Shown here: piece by piece, positions 59,677-64,000 of the stretch
How the letters are laid out: each line of letters begins with the position of its first letter
How positions within the stretch are numbered: the first letter of the stretch is position 1
NCBI GenBank assembly: GCA_963828525.1
Contig: CAWHEP010000010.1
Span: forward strand, 64,001-128,000
Length of the DNA: 64,000 nucleotides
Source of the DNA: an uncultured Verrucomicrobiae bacterium
Lineage (GTDB): Bacteria; Verrucomicrobiota; Verrucomicrobiia; Chthoniobacterales; Chthoniobacteraceae
Direction: 5' to 3'
Notes under the pieces: generated by a model
Told to the model about the DNA's origin: nothing
Seen by the model: the letters and a program-made list of their open reading frames with translations, nothing else
The model's database searches: none
Program-made: the position numbers and the translations under genes

Positions 59677-61475
59677 ATGAAGCAAATGAAGTCTTCCTTG
59701 CTCGACCTCCTTTTTATCGCTCTCGGGTCCTTGCTGTTTGGCGCCGTGCTTCGCGTTGCGATTCAACAAGCCAGGAGTGATGACCCTGAGTCTCGTCCGA
59801 AGGAATGGCTGTTTTTCACCCTTGTCCTCGCGTCCCTATTAGTTTGGCAGGCGCCTATCATCCTCCTGAATGTTGAGATTGGGGGCGACGAAAGCCTCAT
59901 GCTCGCCCAGGCGATGAAGTTCAAAACCGACTTCCTGCCTTGGCGTTCCGTGGATGGAACGACGAGCGGCCCGCTAAATAGTTACGTACTCATGTGGCCA
60001 TTCCTTTTCGGAATGAAACTCTCCCATCTCACCGCAAGGCTCACCGTCCTCGCCTGCGACTTCCTCACGATCTTCTTTGCCCAGAGGGCGTTTTCCCGAA
60101 TAGTCTCTCCCGCTCGCTCCTTTCTGGCCGTTATTCCAATCCTCGGGTTCTTCCTGCTCGCCCATAAGCAGGAGTTCATTGAGTACACGAGTCTTCATTT
60201 TCCGCTCGTCGTCTTGTCGGCCTCACTCTGGCTGGTCCTCAAAGCTCGGACATCTCCCGCCTTCTCAACACTTTTCCCTCTGGGCGTTCTTCTTGGTTCA
60301 GTCTCGATGATAAAGCTTCAGCCGGCCCCGCTGGCCGCTTACCTCTTCATGGTTGCCGTCAGCTTCATTTTTCTACCGTCCTTCCGGGCCGGCTTCGCCA
60401 GGCGCGCCGGACTTCTGCTCGCTCTTTGCATCGGGGCATGTTGTGTTCCCGCCGCCGTGCTCATCCCAGTGGCGGCAGCGGGTGTTGGCCCGGATTTCCT
60501 TTCCCGATACCTCGGGTTCGGAGGGTTCAGCTACCCGGGCAGCGCTTCCACTCTTCTCACTGTGGCGAGGCTGCTCTTCGCGGGATGTGAGATCGTCGTT
60601 TTCCTTGGCAGCCTTCTCGTCTGGTCCGTGTTCTGCGCCTGGCGGCTGCGCTTCCACCTCCGCGGTCTCTCGCGGGAGTGGCTTTCAGGTCTCTTACTTG
60701 CCATTGGCTTCTTGTTTGTCAGCTTCGCTTGCATCCTCAAGAGCGGCGCCATTTTTCGATACTACTTCATTATGGCGATTCTTCCGTCGGCTCTCCTGGC
60801 CTGCTGGATGTGGCGCGGTTTAAGTTTGTTCTCCCCGGATGCAGCCGTTCATCCTCTCAAGTCACGGCACATTTTCCTTTTCACCGCCTTCTGCGTTGTG
60901 CCTCTGCCCGTCTCCTATGGCGCTGAAACTCTCTGGTTTTCCGCTTTTAACCGGCCCCCAGGCGTCTCGGGCCACCTGATCGTCTGGCCGCATTCCCAAT
61001 TCCTGGCTGCCTTCCAGACAGGCAAGTTCACTGGTTTCCATATACAGCCGCGCTTTAACTACAGGATCGAAGAGCCTCCCGGGACGTCGGCGGCGATGGC
61101 GTGGTTCAGTTCCTGTCCAGCTTGCGACGCCCCGGTGATCGCATGGCCGGTTGGGGCGGTACTGGCAGGTACTTCGTTGAAACTCAGATGACACCTGCCA
61201 CCCGCGATGTTATCGGCTCCTTTGGGATGAGGCAAGGGAGATGGCCAGACTACTATCCCGGCGGCTTTCTCGCCGACATGCAACAGATACAACCGCGCTT
61301 CTTCGTCGACGCCATTGGACGCTTCTGGGACGCCAAGGATTGGCTGCACGACGAGCCAGTCCGCTATACCGCCTATGAACCTCTTCGAGAGTACATCTCG
61401 GAAAACTATACCCTCGCAGCGCAGGTCAAGATCGACCAAGGACCTCCCGTCCTCGTATTCGCTCGGAAAAAATAG
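59677..61475 (+). CDS. Polytopic GT-C-like membrane protein, frameshift near 61090
   Basis: GGDESLMLAQA, DGTTSGPL and many TM helices; ORF 61101-61475 (RPGDRMAGWG...PRFFVDA) looks like the soluble C-terminal domain. Confidence 0.68.
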
Positions 61476-61513
61476 GATTATCGCACCGCGGAGAGTTTGC
61501 CCTGGTTCAGCGG

Positions 61514-63061
61514 CTATCCCCGCCCACCCTTCCACACAGGTCGCGCTACTTTAGGCGCTACAAATTCCTCTGGCGCTTCTATTTCGGAACTCTGCGCGGC
61601 AACCATCTGCGCTTCCTCGGCGTTGCTCAGCGAAAGCAAGCTCCCGGCCGCAAACCAAAAGAAAAAGTTCCACGGGAAAATCTGCAAACTTGAACCCGAC
61701 AGCGAGCCTGAATAGAGCAGACTGAAAATCATCGCTAGCAGGACAATTCCAAGCCCTCGCGATGCCCGGTCTTCCATTTTGAAAGTCATCTGGTGAAAAT
61801 GGAACAATCCGAATGCGATGACCAACAGCGCTGCGAAAAGACCCACAAACCCAGCCGAAACCAGGATTTGCCCAATCTGGTCATGGATGACCTGGTCGCT
61901 TCCGACCGCCTGGCCCGGACCTTCCTGTTTCACTCCAAAAGCGGTCCAGAACCGCGGATCGGATGTCCAGTTCTGGAAGCTGTACAGCCTCTCCGTGTAA
62001 GTCCCAAGCCGGAATGCCATGTCACTACTTTCGGAATCCACGGGCACATATCTCTGCAACGCCCCCAGATCGATGTTCCTGGCGTTTGCCACAATGAGCA
62101 CGAAGATGGCTCCCGTCGCCAGGTAAAAAAGTAACGTCCTCCGCGCGTTCTGGAAAAAGAAAATCGTTCCCACCGCGAGAACCAGCGTGATCCAGAACGA
62201 TCTCACGTAACCAAAGAACAATGCCGCCAAATTCACCAGCAACAACATTAGGTAATAGAACTTTCTCCGGTTCTCAGTCACAAAAAAGTACACCGCGAGG
62301 ATCGCCAGCCAATAGACCACCCCGAAGGGATGAGGCGATGCCAGGGTCCCAAAAGCGCGTGGCTTTTCGTCACCCAGAAGAACTCCATTTATCGTCAATG
62401 GAGATGCCAGCCACACGCGATCGACTTCAGGGTAGCCAAACAAGCCTTGGTAGATTCCCCACAAAGCGACAGGTAGAAAGATGGAAAGGATCGCTTTCAA
62501 CGCCGTTTCGATTTCCTGCCGCGTCTTGAACAGATCGGGCACGATGAACAGAAGGATGGAATAAAGACCTACCTGTGAGCAGTTTGTCACAGCCTCGGTA
62601 ATGTTGCGCGTCGAGCGATACGTTACCAGGAAAGAGCCAAAGATCACTCCAGCGGAGACTAGCATCGGGACGATCTCGTGCCGGTACACGAACCGCTTCT
62701 TCACCATGAAACGCGGCACCATCACTCCAAGAAATATCCCCGCGAGGGTGTATGGGGCGAACGAGAGTATGTCCAGTTGCAATGTGACACTGAATCCGCC
62801 GTAATAATATGCCACCCGTTTTACCAGATCGAGATACCCGCATGCCGCTATCAGGATAAACATTCCCGCCTGTGGAAATACGCAAGCGGCGATCACCATC
62901 AGCATCCCTCCCCATCGCATGATGACCGGCAGTGGATTCCCGTTTGCTGAGGTGCAGATCGAAGCGACCCCAATCATACCCGCAAGACACACGGCAATAG
63001 GCAGGAGGATTCGAGACCCGAAATTCTCTCCAATCTGTATTCCTGTGTCGGGTCGTTCCAT
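61514..63061 (-). CDS. Wzy/O-antigen-ligase-like membrane protein
   Basis: About 12 TMs; RAFGTLASPH, RSFW and loop motif IHD; polysaccharide locus context. Confidence 0.72.
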   Translation of the reverse strand: MERPDTGIQIGENFGSRILLPIAVCLAGMIGVASICTSANGNPLPVIMRWGGMLMVIAACVFPQAGMFILIAACGYLDLVKRVAYYYGGFSVTLQLDILSFAPYTLAGIFLGVMVPRFMVKKRFVYRHEIVPMLVSAGVIFGSFLVTYRSTRNITEAVTNCSQVGLYSILLFIVPDLFKTRQEIETALKAILSIFLPVALWGIYQGLFGYPEVDRVWLASPLTINGVLLGDEKPRAFGTLASPHPFGVVYWLAILAVYFFVTENRRKFYYLMLLLVNLAALFFGYVRSFWITLVLAVGTIFFFQNARRTLLFYLATGAIFVLIVANARNIDLGALQRYVPVDSESSDMAFRLGTYTERLYSFQNWTSDPRFWTAFGVKQEGPGQAVGSDQVIHDQIGQILVSAGFVGLFAALLVIAFGLFHFHQMTFKMEDRASRGLGIVLLAMIFSLLYSGSLSGSSLQIFPWNFFFWFAAGSLLSLSNAEEAQMVAAQSSEIEAPEEFVAPKVARPVWKGGRG

Positions 63062-63151
63062 GCCTCTTCCGAAGGACGCTCACATCGTTTGGCGCATTGT
63101 CAATTTCAGCAACAGGCACCCCGTCTGCCACAACCGCGGGATGCCGCGCCG

Positions 63152-64000
63152 CTAAATGCGTTCTTCTTCCCCGCGTTTCCGAGTCTCTTCCGTCGCGTCG
63201 CTTTCTCCACTCAGAAAAGTTCGTACCGCGATCAGCTGATAACCAATCAGGATGATGTGCGCCACGCCTCGAGTGCCCAGCATCCCCGAAGCGCCGAAAC
63301 GCCGCACAGTCAACAGGCCACCGGCAAGCTCCAGCGCAACCGGTATAAGGATATTCTTGAGCAACTGCTTTGGGCGTCCAACACCTTGGAAGAGCAAATT
63401 GAAGTTCCACACAAACGGGATCGCAATGGTGAATGGAATCGCGATCCACCAACGCTGCTGCACGATCAGCTGCCATTCCGCGCCTAAGGCAAATTTTAAA
63501 ACGAACAGAATCCCGACGGTGACCGCTGCCACACCGCCCAACACCGCTCCGGCTATGAGGCGCTGTCCTTTTAGCAGCACACCCTCCAATTCCGCGGGAT
63601 CGTTCTGCGCTTTGCTATAGGAAACCAGTAAGACACGATCCAGCAGATTGATGCTCAACGACCACGGGATGCGGATAAACTTGAGCATCCGCTCATACAC
63701 TCCTAGTTCCCATAAATTACTGAAATTATTCAGCAACAGCAGGTCAATATTGGTCGCCAGACTTTGAAATAGAATCTGCGGCACCATCGTCTTTGCGAAC
63801 TTCCCGAAGTAGTAGCTCCGAAGATCCCGCCCGCCCGTCCAGCCTATGTTTCTCCATCCGCCCGCAGCCATAAGGCACACAAATCTCACAAGAAATTCCG
63901 CCATCTGCGCGAGCAGGATGGCGATGTATCCCTCCGTGCGCCATACGCACACCACGAGCGTGATGACCCACGAACTCACCGCCCCTATGTCCACACATCC
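63152..64000 (-). CDS. Wzx-like polysaccharide flippase, 3' part
   Basis: NIDLLLL...ELGVYER...LLDRVLLVSYSK, FQGVGRP and FGASG patterns of MOP flippases; open at the window edge. Confidence 0.72.
   Translation of the reverse strand, partial: GCVDIGAVSSWVITLVVCVWRTEGYIAILLAQMAEFLVRFVCLMAAGGWRNIGWTGGRDLRSYYFGKFAKTMVPQILFQSLATNIDLLLLNNFSNLWELGVYERMLKFIRIPWSLSINLLDRVLLVSYSKAQNDPAELEGVLLKGQRLIAGAVLGGVAAVTVGILFVLKFALGAEWQLIVQQRWWIAIPFTIAIPFVWNFNLLFQGVGRPKQLLKNILIPVALELAGGLLTVRRFGASGMLGTRGVAHIILIGYQLIAVRTFLSGESDATEETRKRGEEERI

Noticed and set aside
1..64000. CRISPR array, rRNA, transposase, integrase or prophage genes
   Set aside because: No regularly spaced DNA repeats or matching protein motifs seen by eye; short or degenerate elements could have been missed.

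Overview
GC-rich bacterial chromosomal window. The gene repertoire (exosortase/EpsI, ThuA-like protein, conserved hypotheticals) suggests Verrucomicrobiota, but this is inference and no marker gene was checked. Many single-base indels split otherwise intact genes, densely at about 8.5-13.6 kb and 56.5-57.6 kb and including essential dxs, so they are treated as probable assembly errors. Contents in order: 5' part of a class A PBP; a likely iron-regulated porin/FMN-binding/ApbE/membrane-protein operon with a divergent AraC regulator; an RHH-PIN toxin-antitoxin pair beside tRNA-Pro(GGG); a run of polB, sensor kinase, sigma-54 regulator, GT-C, xseB, dxs, bioA and an ABC ATPase; desaturase and DEAD-box helicase; a Rab-like GTPase operon; an A-PCP plus a 3325-aa hybrid PKS-NRPS; glgX; a 7-gene PspA/AAA+ operon; a PP2C-kinase fusion; an APC permease with a sigma-54 promoter; a PfkB kinase; and an exosortase/EPS locus. 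Best candidates for undescribed systems: (1) a Rab-like GTPase coupled to a membrane protein with a predicted cytoplasmic longin-like domain and periplasmic BON-like/OmpA domains, plus a degenerate kinase and REC-MBL hydrolase (22.9-28.6 kb); (2) a PspA (ESCRT-III superfamily) + AAA+ ATPase + two solute-binding/OmpA fusions + vWA + Coq4-like operon (42.9-51.0 kb); (3) an orphan PKS-NRPS with aminotransferase, luciferase-like monooxygenase and a PRMT-like methyltransferase inside its A domain (28.8-40.6 kb). All calls come from reading motifs by eye. No database search was run, so novelty is unverified.
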